Of a DNA stretch of 64,000 bases, positions 50,569 to 63,296 are shown piece after piece (within the stretch, counting starts at the first letter, position 1; each line of letters starts with the position of its first letter). The stretch spans positions 30,586,206 to 30,650,205 of the forward strand of contig NC_092400.1 of the NCBI RefSeq assembly GCF_030028105.1, read 5' to 3'. Source of the DNA: Mobula birostris. Taxonomy: Eukaryota. A model generated the notes under the pieces. It made no database searches and was not told the origin of the DNA. It saw only the letters and a list, made by a program, of their open reading frames with translations. A program made the position numbers and the translations under genes.

Positions 50569-51071
50569 TACATTTTTTCTTGTTAAACTTTCATTCTATT
50601 TAACCCAGGCAAGATATCCTCTCATTCCATTAAAATCAATACTTCTCTAACTGTTTGTGTTTATTTTGGACTCCAACATCGTTTCATTATCTGCAACTTT
50701 CTCGTTTAGTTTCTTCGCACATTTATTACAGATTCAAACAACTACCAAGCAACTCTGCCCAAAATGTCATCTGTTTATTCCCCACCAGAAAGGCTGCCTG
50801 ACCTGCTGAGTTCTACCAGCACTTTCCGTGGGTGCTGAGCAAGATTTTGGGCAAATGCAGAATCTTTCATTTCAGTAAAATCCTGACGCAAAGCGGCTGT
50901 TAATCCAATGTAGGTGCACCATCAATCTGTTCAGAATTGTTGATGCCATGTACCAACTCCAATGGCAGTGACTGAAGCCAGTGTCCAAAGTTGGTGGTTG
51001 GAAGGACAGTGGGGGAGCTGGACAAAGATGCTAGGCCCGCACACTAGCCACATCCTGAAGCTAATCAGTCA

Positions 51072-52285
51072 TACATTCAGCGGCCACTTTATGAGCTACA
51101 CCTGCTCTTTAATGCAAATATCTAATCAGCAAATCATATGGCAGCAACTCATTTCAGAACGGCATGCAGATATGGTCCAAACCAAACAACAGAAAGGGGA
51201 AGAAATGTGATCTAAGTGATTTTGACTGTGGAATGATTGCTGGTGCCAGATGGGGAGGTTTAAGTATTTCAGAAACTGTTAATCTCCTGGGATTTTCACA
51301 CAGTCAACAGTGTCAAAAGTTTACAGAGAATGGTTCCATAAAAAACAAACAAAAGAAAAATCCAGTGAGCTTCTGTTCAGTGGGTGAAAATGCTTTTGTA
51401 AGGGGTTTCTTCTTTTATGTTATTGCTAAGGCTAATAAAACGGCTTCTCTGTGATGTTTGCTGAGACTGGTTCTCTCTCTAGCAGCTTGTTTGGTTATAT
51501 TACTGATAATGAGAATTGTATTCATTTGCTAACCAATTGGGATAGATGTTATTCTTTCTTGTGTGTCTGTAAGCTATTATTTTCATAGGCTTTGGGGAAG
51601 AAGATGCAATGGGGACAGAGAGAGGAGACATGATGCTGTAAGCTGGGCGACGGAACGGACCCCGAGCGGGAGTCCGAGGCCCAGGGTCTTCAGGAGGAGA
51701 GGAGACGAGGACAGACTCGTGTGGAGCATCTGGTTGACCACCGTGGTTGCTCCCAGGCGGCGGGTCAAGGAAGTCGGAGGGGATCTAATGGTGGAAAGCA
51801 GACTCTGTTAATTGAGCTCCAACTTTTGTGCACAAAGTGGTTGGACATTGATAAGTTTGGTGCCTTTTTCTTCCTTTTTATATTGTATTGCTATTAATTA
51901 CATAGTTCCAGTAAGATCTATAAAGTGTAATCATTTAATCGCCTATGGTGTGCTGTCTGTTATTTGGCGTGGTGGGGTACATCACACAGCATTTACACAA
52001 AATCGATTACAGAGTTTGGTGGGGCTGAAGTCTGCTCCCCTTAGACGAAAGCGAGCTGAGCGAGACTGAGGCTACACTTTGTTAATGAAAGAGGTCAGAG
52101 GAGAATGGCCAGACTGGTTCAAGCTGACAGGAAGACGACAGTAACTCAAGAAATCATTTGTTACAATATTTGGTGTGCAGAAAGGCATCTCTGAACACAC
52201 AGCACACCGAACCTTGAAGTGGACAGGCTTGAGCAGCAGAAGACCACAAACTTACTCTCAGTGGCTGCTTTATAAGGTACGGGAG
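51072..52285 (+). mobile_element. Tc1-derived degenerate element hosting a solo LTR
   Basis: TIR-like CA(T/C)TCAG(C/T)GGC start and Tc1 HTH remnant GKKCDLSDFD...GLSISETVNLLGFS. Sequence is continuous across the LTR. Confidence 0.6.
51397..52076. mobile_element. Solo LTR, 680 bp
   Basis: TGTA...TACA termini and a 4-bp TSD CTTT. Confidence 0.8.
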
Positions 52286-53089
52286 GTATCTACCGAATAA
52301 AGGGCCCACTGAGTGTGAAGTCACTACTGGGAATCAGGCTCTACTGCCCAATACAGGCACCATATAGTCACCGGAAAGCACTCATTTACACTAAATCCCT
52401 GGTTATCCTCTTGCAATCCCACCAAGTACCCTCCAGATTTTCCCCCCATCTACCTACACTTGGGGAAATTTATCATAGACAATTACGCCACCAACCAGCA
52501 TGGCAGAAGAAACTGAAGTGCCTGTGGGGGTGGTGGGTGCGGAGACAGGGAGAATGTACAAATCCCACACAAGACGCTGGCCAGAGTCAGGACTGAATCC
52601 TGGCCTCTTGAACTGAGAGGCAGCACAGACTACTGTGTAACTGTTTTTGCCACTGGAGTGGAAGAGGTTGTGGGACGTGGCATTGATGGAAGTTTCTGCC
52701 CAGGTAGGCTGTTCCCAATGCCTTTGTAACTCCTTCAGTACAGGTGTTCTCCCCCCTTCCCCCATAACTACTGACTCAGCCAGTCCAATAACTTGCCCCT
52801 GTCCAGGCTGAGCACCATCCAGTGAGTGCCCAAGTGGGCAATGGGCATCAGGTCCAGGAGGAGGCTTGTTGAGTCTCACCAACCTCAGGCCCAAGTGAAA
52901 CCCCAGAACCTGTTTGACTCTCTCAAATGCTGCTGCCCCGGTCTTATTCCAAGGACGAGCTGGGGATCTATTGTTTCGTTAGGCTGGTTGTCTGCTATTC
53001 ATTGGGCAGATAAATTGTAAAGGGCTCATACAATGATTAAAGTTAAAACTGTTGTAATAAGTTTATTCCATGGTGTCCCAATAATGGAT

Positions 53090-54425
53090 CTCTATCAGCT
53101 TTGCACATCTGGACGCTGCAATTTTTACCCATTCTTCTTTACAAAACTGCTCAAACTCTGTCAAATTGCATGGGGATCGTGAGTGGACAGCACTTTCAAT
53201 TCCTGCCACAAATTATCAATTGAATTGAGGTCTGGACTCTGACTTAGCCACTCCAAGGCATTGACTTTGTTGTTTTTAAGCCATTCTTGTGTAGCTTTGG
53301 CTTTATGCTTGGGGTCATTGTCTTGCTGGAAAACAAACCTTTTCCCAAGTCGCAGTTCTCTTGCAGATTGCATCAGGTTTCCCTCAGGATTTCTCTGTAT
53401 TTTGCTGCATTCATTTTACTCTCCTCATTCATAGCCTTCTAGGGCCTGCTACAATGAATCATCCCACAGCATGATGCAGCCACCGCTATGCTTCACGGTG
53501 GGAATGATGTGTTTTTGATGATTGATGGCCAAAAAGCTCTATTTTGGTTTCAACAGACCACAGAACCTTCTTTCAGCTGACTTCAGAGTCTCCCACATGC
53601 CTTCTGGCAAACTCCAGCTGAGATTTCATGTGAGTTTTTTTTTCAACAGTGGCTTTCTCTTGCCACTCTCCCATAAAGCTGCGACCAGTGAAACACCAGG
53701 CAACAGTGTTGTATGTGCAGTTTCACCCATCTCAGCCACTGAAGCTCAGAGTTGTTATAAGTCTCTTGGTGCCCTCCCTCACTAGTCCCCTCCTTGTACG
53801 GTCATTCAGTTTTTGAGGATCACCTGCTCTAGGTAGATTTACACTGTGCTATAGTCTTTCCATTTCCTGATGAGTGACTTAGCTGCACTACAAAGGATAT
53901 TCAGTGACCTGCAAACTTTCTTGTATCCATCTCCTGACTTGTGCTTTCCAATAACCTTTTTGCAGAGTTGCTTGGAATGCTCTTTTGTCTTCATGGCGTA
54001 GTTTTTGCCAGTATACTGACTCACCAGCAGGTGGACCTTTAAGATACAGGGTATTTTCAGTACAATGAATTGAAACACCTTGACTACACACAGGTTTATA
54101 TACAGTATAGCTAGGACACTCTAACTGACTCTGTGACTTCTGAGACCAATTGGCTGTACCAGTGATGATTTGGTGTGTCATATTAAAAGGCTATTAAAGT
54201 GTCATATTAAATTGTAAGAATACTTATGCAATCAATTATTTTGTATTTTATATTTGTAATTAATTTAGATCACTTTGTAGAGATCTGTTCTCACTTTGAC
54301 ATGAAAGAGTAGTTTTCTGTTGATCATTGTCAAAAAAGCCAAACTAAATCCACTGTGATTCAATTTTGTAAAACAATAAATCACAAAAACTTCCAAAGTT
54401 GAGTGAATACTATTTATGGGCACCG
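53090..54425 (-). mobile_element. Tc1 transposon, decayed transposase with one terminal inverted repeat
   Basis: [12 protein letters not shown]...[15 protein letters not shown] and MKTKEHSKQ...GDGYKK. The TIR ends at TA 54426. Confidence 0.9.
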
Positions 54426-54619
54426 TAAATGACCTAACCAAAAGTTGATAAAAGCATTGAATTGACTGCAGCATTTAACTTATCGGAGGTGGACAGCAGC
54501 AGGCACTTGGCAGATCTCCAGAGAGGATGAGACAGCAGAATTATTGACAGAGTCTGTCATGGTCCTCTTTTCCATAGAGGTCTGGGGGGGGGGGGGGGAG
54601 CGGTTTCAAGAGTTCACCA

Positions 54620-54880
54620 AAGACTCCACACAGACTCAAGGCTGTAATTACTGCCAAAGGTGCATCTACTAAATACTGACTTGAAGGGGGTGAACACTTA
54701 CGCAATCAATTATCTTGTGTTTTATATTTGTAATAAATTGACATCACCTAGTAGTGACCTGTTTTCAGTTTGACACGAAAGAGTAATTTTCTGTTGATCA
54801 GTGTCAAAAAAAACAAATTAAATCCACTGTGATTCAATGAAAACTTCCAAGAGGGGGTGAATACTTTTTTAGAGCCACTG
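54620..54880 (+). mobile_element. 3' end and TIR of the same Tc1 family, opposite orientation
   Basis: RLKAVITAKGASTKY* followed by a repeat of 54215-54425. Confidence 0.8.
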
Positions 54881-55184
54881 AATCTTGTACCAATGTCAAA
54901 CATGGACATTGGTTGAAAATGAATCCTGCTACCACCCAGTGCACATTATTTCTGACAGTACCAGCAGTACTGTACTGTTGTATATTTAACTGTATGTCAA
55001 CTTGCACATCTACACAATACTTTTTTATCTGTCAATATTATTGTGTTAATATTATTTCATGTGTTGTATATGATATGTGCACTATGTTTCGCACCTTGGT
55101 CTCTGAAGAGCATTGTTTCGTTTAGTTGTATACACGTGTACGTTTGATTGACAATCAACTTGATCTTGAAATATAGACATAGCT

Positions 55185-55365
55185 GGCTGGTGGTGTAGTG
55201 GCATCAGCACTGGACTTCAAGGCAAATGGTCATGAGTTCAAATCTCACCGGCTCCTCGCACACTTACCATATGAGCTGGGTTGAGCATTAAGTTAGCCTC
55301 TTAATAAAAAGTCAAATGCTACAGAATAGTAAATATGCCACCCGATGCATATCAAGGTGTGAAGA
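55185..55365 (+). mobile_element. tRNA-derived SINE
   Basis: Pol III box A TGGTGTAGTGG (55191) and box B GAGTTCAAATC (55234). No intact cloverleaf. Confidence 0.6.
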
Positions 55366-55527
55366 AGGTACAGTTTTTGAAGTATATAGAAATCTGAAGG
55401 TTATTCAGTCAGACAAACACCATTGCTCACAACATTAGTTCCTTTATAAACATGAACTAGTTTTATTTCATTTTAAATTGGAAAATATTGTGACAATATT
55501 TTAATAATATTTCCATCAAATGATAAA

Positions 55528-55995
55528 TTAACCTCCACGAAGACGGAGTAGCAGAATGATGGTGCTTTGAGGCTCGATGTTGTAGTCGGAGAGCAACCGG
55601 CCATCCTCCAACTGGATACTCCCAAAGAGCAGGCGCTGCTGGTCGGGTCTGACCCCCTCCTGCCGATGGACCCGCTCTTTAAAACCCTGCACAGACTCAG
55701 AGGGCATCACGTTGTATGTCGTGGTTTCCCCCTTGTTATTCCGGAGGAAGATCTGCATGGATTCCTCTTTCCTGACCAGCAACATGATGGTGGGGCTGGG
55801 GTTGAGGTTGTAGTAGCTCAGACTTCTCTGGTCCTGCATCTCCACGCTTTGGCCATTTTGCACCATCAGACACTGCTAAAAAATGGGCACCTTGGTCTTT
55901 TGCTTGATTCTCATCTTGAGAGTTGACACTTGAATGGAAGGGTCGACGTCAAGTCCAAAACCCTCACCGGTCATAAATTTCACCTGAACTCTCAT
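55528..55995 (-). pseudogene. ISG15: Divergent ISG15-like copy E with Q40* (TAG at 55878-55876); the downstream 112-aa ORF ending in LRLRGG is intact
   Basis: 468-bp frame collinear with copies B-D: MRVQVKFMTGEGF...[12 protein letters not shown]. Acceptor intact at 56007/56008, donor at 63296/63297. Confidence 0.88.
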
Positions 55996-56439
55996 CTTGT
56001 CAAGTCACTGTCAAGAAAGGAGAAGTGATTAGGGAGCTTTGCATCACACGGGGATGTATACCGGTGTATTTATGTGACATTTCCTATAATATCAACACAA
56101 TTAGTATTCTTAGTAATAACAGAATGTTTCACAAATGTTGACCTTGTAGACAAGCAGAGAAAGCCTTATTTATTAATCTGATCTTTTCTCCTCCAGACAC
56201 TGTAATTCTAAAGTGATGGTGTTTGAACTTTGATGAAATAACTGGCAGGATAGACAAAGAAGAGCTTGTGGTATTACAGGAAAGATACTAGCATGGACAA
56301 ACCATGCTATTTCAAATTTACTTTGCATTCCCATTCTGACATATTAATTCTAATTACCCATTTCAATTCTATTTCCCATTCTCATTCCAACATATCAGTT
56401 TATGGTCCCCTCTACTGCCAGGATGAGATCACACAAAGA

Positions 56440-57030
56440 AATGGCAGATGGAATATGGAATTCGTAGGTAATTTTAAGGTCATGCACCTAGGTAAAAAGA
56501 AAAAAAAAGGCAATTTTCTAAGTGGGAAAGAAAATTCAGAAATCAGAGATGCACAGGAGTCCTAGTGTAAAATTCCCAAAGGTTAACTTGCATCTTGAGT
56601 TGATAGTAAGACAAGCAAATAGGATGTCACCATTCTTTTGAAGACGATGAAATTATAAAAGCAAGCACATAATGCTGAGGTTTTCTAAGGGATTGGTCAG
56701 ACCACATTTGGAGTGTTGTGAGCAGTTTTGGGCCCCATCTCTATGAAGGAATGCACTGGCATTGTAGAGTATCCAAAGGAGGCTTAAAACATGAGCCTGG
56801 GAATCAAAGTGCGAACACACATGAGAGCATTTGATGGTTCTGGACCTGTATCAATGGCAGTTTGGAAGAATGAGGGGTGAACCTCCTTGAAATCAACCTG
56901 ATTTTGAAATGACCAGATAGAGTGGATGTGCAGAGCATGTCTCTAATACTGGGAGGGTTCAGGACCAGAGGGCACTGCCTCAAAACAGAAGGACAACCCT
57001 TCAGAACAGGAATGAGAGGCGAGTTTGTAA
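56440..57030 (+). mobile_element. Degenerate CR1 fragment in the copy E intron
   Basis: Decayed WQME...LVRPHLE...RTRGH motifs. Confidence 0.7.
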
Positions 57031-57329
57031 ATCTGACCGTAACAAAGGAAGTTCGGAATGGTGAGGGTAGAGCGCTGCGGAAGGATGGTGACATGGCAGA
57101 AGGTGTGCCGGGAGACACCAGGCAAGGCCATTTGATTCCAAACAATTGGTTTATTGATCATTACTGGATGTCTCTCTGGTGCTTCCCACTCGCTCCCCTC
57201 TCCCTTCTCTTTTCCCAACCATGCTTCCCCTCTCCCTGCCCCCTTCCCAATATCAGTCTGCATATCAGAATCAGGATCAGGTTCATCATCATTCACATAT
57301 GGAAAAGAGTACAGTCGACTTTTCGGGCC

Positions 57330-57860
57330 ATAAGACCATAAGACATCGGAGCAGAATTAGGCCATTCAGCCCATCTAGTCTGCTCCACCATTCCATCATG
57401 GCTGGTCCCAGATCCCAGCCAACCCCATACACCTGCCTTCTCGCCATATCCTTTGTTTCCCTGACCAATCATGAAATGCTCAACTTCCGCCTTAAATATT
57501 CCCATGGACTAGGCCTCCACCGAGGTCTGTGGCAGAGCATTCCACAGATTCACTACTCTCTGGCTAAAAAAAGTCCTCCTTACCTCTGTTCTAAAGGGTC
57601 GCCCCTCAATTCTGAGGCTGTGCCCTCTAGTTCTGAATGCCCCCAATCATAGGAAACATCCCCTCCACATCCACCCCATCTAGTCCTTTCAACATTCAGT
57701 AGGTTTCAATGAGATCTCCACACATTCTTCAAAATTCCAGTGAGTACAGGCCCAAAGCTGTAGGATAATTTGTTCATTCCCAAATTATCCTCTAGAACCT
57801 CCTCTGGACTCTCTCCAAAGACAGCACATCCTTTCTGAGATATCGGGACCAAAACTGTTG
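57330..57860 (-). mobile_element. CR1 3' fragment in the copy E intron
   Basis: Homologous to 33930-34430, with a (CATAAGAC)n tail. Confidence 0.78.
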
Positions 57861-57880
57861 AAATATGTCATGAAATACGT

Positions 57881-60800
57881 TTTTTTGACTTTGTCATGTT
57901 AGGCAAAGATCGCAAGATCCTACATCTACGGACTCCAGAGCCTGCCGGCCCCGACGCTAGCAGGCATGAACTTCAGATTGCGGCTCCCGCCATTGATCTC
58001 GGCAGCTCCAACACCTCAGGGCATATTCAAAACCCGGACTCCAGCAACGACCATGGACACCTTCACAGCGATTACGCAACCACCAACTGCAACTCCAGCC
58101 TTGAACTCCAGGCCGGGTCTTTATGTGCTGCTGTTGTGACTCCCGTCTCCCCTTCCCCACCACCACTCCGCAGCCCCGTCTTCCTCAGATCCCACCGTCA
58201 ACTCCTGGGCCCTCAGAGGCTCCATCTTCCTCTCACCCCAACCCTCCCCACTCCATTGACACCCCCAGCCTCCCCCTCCCCCCTCTGATCCCAGCTCTCA
58301 TCCATGCCGGGTTTTTACCATCCCCTCCGACCTTCAATTGTCAGAGGCAGAACGCTCTGTCCTCAGTAAGGGCCTCACCTTTGTCCCCCTCGCCCACACC
58401 TCAGCGAGTTCCGTGTTCACCACGATGCGGAACTTTGCTTCTGCCGTCTCCGTCTCCGAGCCTACTTCTTCAGCAAGGACTCTTCCACCCCCACCGATGA
58501 CCCCTTCTCCCGTCTTCAACCCTCCTCTTCTTCATGGACACCCCGCTCTGGTCTTCTGCCTGCTCTGGATCTCTTTATCGCTAACTGCCGACGGGACATC
58601 AACCGTCTCGACTTCACCGCACCTTGTCCCCATTCCAACCTCACTCCTTCGGAACACTCTGCTCTCCGCTCCCTCTGCACTAATCCTAACCTTATCATTA
58701 AACCCGCCGATAAGGGGGGTGCTGTTGTAGTCTGGCGTACTGACCTCTACCTTGCCGAGGCACAGCGACAACTCGCGGATACCTCCTCTTATTTACCCCT
58801 TGATCGTGACCCCACTAAGGAGCACCAGGCCATTGTCTCCCACACCATCACCGACTTTATCCGCTCAGGGGATCTCCCATCCACTGCTACCAACCTTATA
58901 GTTCCCACACCCCGCACTTTCCGTTTCTACCTCCTACCCAAGATCCACAAACCTGCCTGTCCTGGCCGGCCTATTGTCTCAGCTTGCTCCTGCCCCACCG
59001 AACTCATTTCTGCATACCTCGACACTGTTTTATCACCCCTTGTTCAATCCCTTCCGACCTATGTTCGTGACACTTCTCACGCTCTTAAACTTTTCGATGA
59101 TTTTAAGTTCCCTGGCCCCCACCGCTTTATTTTCACCATGGATGTCCAGTCCCTATATACTTCCATCCCCCATCAAGAAGGTCTCAAAGCTCTACGCTTC
59201 TTTTTGGATTCCAGACCTAATCAGTTCCCCTCTACCACCACTCTGCTCCGTCTAGCGGAATTAGTCCTTACTCTTAATAATTTCTCCTTTGGCTCCTCCC
59301 ACTTCCTCCAAACTAAAGGTGAAGCTATGGGCACCCGTATGGGTCCTAGCTATGCCTGCCTTTTTGTTGGGTTTGTGGAACAATCTACGTTCCGTGCCTA
59401 TTCTGGTATCTGTCCCCCACTTTTCCTTCGCTACATCGACGACTGCATTGGCGCTGCTTCCTGCATGCATGCAGAACTCGTTGACTTTATTAACTTTGCC
59501 TCCAACTTTCACCCTGCCCTCAAGTTTACCTGGTCCATTTCTGACACCCCCCTCCCCTTTCTAGATCTTTCTGTCTCTGTCTCTGGAGACAGCTTATCCA
59601 CTGATGTCTACTATAAGCCTACTGACTCTCACAGCTATCTGGACTATTCCTCTTCTCACCCTGTCTCTTGCAAAAACGCCATCCCCTTCTCGCAATTCCT
59701 CTGTCTCCGCCGCATCTGCTCTCAGGATGAGGCTTTTCATTCTAGGACGAGGGAGATGCCTTCCTTTTTTAAAGAAAGGGGCTTCCCTTCCTCCACTATC
59801 AACTCTGCTCTTAAACGCATCTCCCCCATTTCACGTACATCTGCTCTCACTCCATCCTCCTGCCACCCCACTAGGAATAGGGTTCCCCTGGTCTTCACCT
59901 ACCACCCCACCAGCCTCCGGGTCCAACATATTATTGTCCGTAACTTCCGCCACCTCCAACGGGATCCCACCAATAAGCACATCTTTCCCTCCCCCACCTC
60001 TCTCTGCATTCCGCAGGGATCGCTCCCTAAACAACTCCCTTGTCCATTCGTCCCCCCCATCCCTCCCCACTGATCTCCCTCCTGGCACTTATCCGTGTAA
60101 GCGGAACAAGTGCTACACATGCCCTTACACTTCCTCCCTTACCACCATTCAGGGCCCCAAACAGTCCTTCCAGGTGAGGCAACACTTCACCTGTGAGTCG
60201 ACTGGGGTGATATACTGCGTCCGGTGCTCCCGATGTGGCCTTTTATATATTGGCGAGACCCGACGCAGACTGGGAGACCGCTTTGCTGAACATCTACGCT
60301 CTGTCCGCCGGAGAAAGCAGGATCTCCCAGTGGCCACACATTTTAATTCCACATCCCATTCCCATTCTGACATGTCTATCCACGGCCTCCTCTACTGTAA
60401 AGATGAAGCCACACTCAGGTTGGAGGAACAACACCTTATATTCCGTCTGGGTAGCCTCCAACCTGATGGCATGAACATCGACTTCTCTAACTTCCGCTAG
60501 GCCCCACCTCCCCCTCATACCCCATCTGTTACTTATTTTTATGCACACATTCTTTCTCTCACTCTCCTTTTTCTCCCTCTGTCCCTCTGAATATACCTCT
60601 TGCCCATCCTCTGGGTCCCCCCCGCCCCCCCCGTCTTTCTTCCCAGACCTCCTGTCCCATGATCCTCTCATATCCCCTTTGCCAATCACCTGTCCAGCTC
60701 TTGGCTCCATCCCTCCCCCTCCTGTCTTCTCCTATCATTTTGGATCTCCCCCTCCCCCTTTCAAATCCCTTACTCACTCTTCCTTCAGTTAGTCCTGACG

Positions 60801-60922
60801 GAGGGTCTCGGCCTGAAACGTCGACTGCACCTCTTCCTAGAGATGCTGCCTGGCCTGCTGCGTTCACCAGCAACTTTGATGTGTGTTTCTTGAATTTCCA
60901 GCATCTGCAGAATTCCTGTTGT
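57881..60922 (+). mobile_element. Penelope-like retroelement (RT + Cys-rich linker + GIY-YIG endonuclease; Neptune-like), frameshifted
   Basis: Motifs IIKPADKGG, MDVQSLYTSI, AMGTRMGPSYA, RYIDD, PCKRNKCYTC and GVIYCVRC...YIGET. TGAAATACGT on both flanks. Confidence 0.93.
60791..60826 (+). ncRNA. Minimal type-I hammerhead ribozyme-like motif of the Penelope element (A9G core variant)
   Basis: AGTC-CTGACGG-AGGGTCTCGGCCT-GAAAC-GTC-GACT. Confidence 0.6.
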
Positions 60923-61978
60923 TTGAAATACGTCATGATTTTTTTTTCTGTGGCAGCAGTACTATGCAATACATAAAATTACTACAGTATTGTGCAGAAG
61001 TTTTAGCCACCCTAGCTATATACTGCATGTGCACAAGACTTTTGCACAGTACTGTTCATCTTACGGTCCTATGGTCGTATTGAGTTCAAAGTTTGCTGGA
61101 CACACCAGGTCCTCCGTAATCGGGCTCAGGTTTAGCAAGCTGCAATGGGACTGTTTCAGGGGAAATCAGAACAGGGTTTTAAACACCGGCAGCAAAAAGC
61201 TGACTCGATGGGGGAACTCCGCGGGTCAGGTAGACCTGTGAAAGTTGGGGGAAGTCGACGCGTCGGACCCGGAGTCCCGATGCAGGGTCTTGACCTGAAA
61301 GGTCGACCATCTCTCTGTATTCACGGACGCCGCTCAGCCCGACGAGTTCCTCCAGCAATTCGCTTTTTATCCAGATTCCCGCAATGGCAGTTCAGTGTGC
61401 CAAACTGATTTCGCTCCTTTTCTCCGAACCTTTTATCTAATCAGTGGCCGAGAAAGTGCGTGAATTAGAGATAAAGACTGCAGATACTCGGGGCCGTGTT
61501 AAATGACGCACTTGTGTAGTTTTATAAGCTTGGCGTACTCAAATCAGCGTTCCACAGAGACAAATAAAACAAATTAACACCCCCCCCCCGCCCCGCCCGA
61601 CACACACACCACTTCTCCCAGCGCGATCATCTGCCGTGAATTATTTCGGTCTGACTCTCAGCCAACACTGCTTTCCCGCACAGAAAGTGTTCACTCCGAA
61701 CCCAGACTCCCGAGTCACCCTATTCACACACGCGTTATTATCTTCGCAACATTAATGAACATTTTACGCACTATCTCAACAAGCCACACAATAATCCCAT
61801 AGGAACGATTCCAGCCGAGGTCTTTTTATCCGGTTTTAAGGTTAAAGGAGGAGGGAAGAGCCCAACTATGCTCACTGCGGTGCAGCGGATCTTCCGACTT
61901 TTCAATAAAGTTCCCCGCCCGCCCTCCGTCTTCCCTGGCGACGAAAGCTCTCGGCCTGAAACCACGGACCGGCATCTC

Positions 61979-62318
61979 CAGACATCCCACCGTGAAAAAC
62001 TGATTTCAGGGAGGTAGCACCATCAACTTGCGGGAGAGTTCCGGGAGGGGTGGGAAGTCTGCAATAGAGTAGCTCCTTTGCAGCTGGCCAGCTAGTGTAA
62101 ATAACGTTAGCTATGCTAATGAACAAATGACACCTCTTAAACTCATCTCAACATGTCTTTTACAGTCTTAACCCACCATGGGCAACAGAAAAGTCATTGT
62201 TGCAAACAGGGCAGCGAGCAACACTGTCATTATTTTGACCCCTATTAGGCAGGGGTACACTTTAGTGTAGTCTGGGGTGACGAACGTTTTATAATTTTTT
62301 TGGAACACTCTGCCATGG

Positions 62319-62370
<52 letters not shown>

Positions 62371-62608
62371 ATCGCTTGCGCTCTCGCTGGCTTTCTCGTT
62401 CGCTCGCGCGCTCGCTTGCCTTCGCGCTCTCTCACTTTAGCGCGCGCGCTCTCTCTCTCGTGGACGCTCTCGCGCTCTCTCTTGCTTTTCTCTCGCTTGC
62501 TCTCAAAAAAATTGATTTCCGTGATATTGTATATAATTTTCGGGCATCAGGGAGCCATTATTAATATGCGGGAGACTCCTGGAAGTTCCGGGAGAGGTGG
62601 GATGTCTG
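61979..62608. mobile_element. MITE with an internal (CT)n tract
   Basis: Perfect 13-bp TIR CAGACATCCCACC with a CATCTC duplication. An alternative reading is a 12-bp TIR with 8-bp TSD GCATCTCC (hAT-like). Confidence 0.85.
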
Positions 62609-62736
62609 CATCTCCCTCCACATGAACTGCTTGACCCACGGTGTTCCTCAAACAGGAGAAAATCTGCAGATGCTGTATATCCAAAGCAACACACACAAAA
62701 TGCTGGAGGAGCTCAGCGTCTATGGAAAAGAGTGCA

Positions 62737-62774
62737 CAGTCGACGTTTCAGGACGTGACCCTTCATCAGGATTG
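62737..62774 (-). ncRNA. Hammerhead ribozyme-like motif with intact core, on the sense strand of the copy E intron
   Basis: Minus strand reads CAATC-CTGATGA-AGGG-TCACG-TCCT-GAAAC-GTC-GACTG. Confidence 0.6.
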
Positions 62775-63296
62775 GGAATAGGGGTGGGCAGGAGGTGGAC
62801 TGTCATTTCATCTTTTTTTTTATCCCCAGTCCTGAAGAAGGGCCTCGGCTCGAAGTGTAGGCTGTTCACTCTTTTCCACAGATGCTGCCTGACCTGCTGA
62901 GTTTCTCCAGTGTTTTGTGCGTTACGCGATTCCAGCACCCGCTTTCTTTCGCGAAGCCAGTTTACCGAGGCCGACTGTGTAAAATAGCTAAACAAGCATC
63001 GCAAAACCATAAACGTATCGCTGTGGGAAGCAGGAGCGGCCATTTCACCTGCTCTACAGTTCAGTGATAATCCCGATTGACGTTCCCCTTGCCGCCACTT
63101 CTCTGCAGTCACTCCAAATCCATCGAATCCCTTTCTATAAAGTTTCTTTTTCTGATTAACCTTTCTCTCCCTCTATATTGTCAACTGTAACCTGAAGACT
63201 ACGGTTCAGAGAATTGTATGTTATATACAGTACTTTATATTCAAAGAAAAAATCAAATGAAAGTGAGAACTTTGAGATTACCAAATAAAGCCTTAC

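Noticed and set aside
55185-55255. tRNA gene
   Set aside because: A and B boxes are present but the acceptor stem and cloverleaf are not. Better explained as a SINE head.
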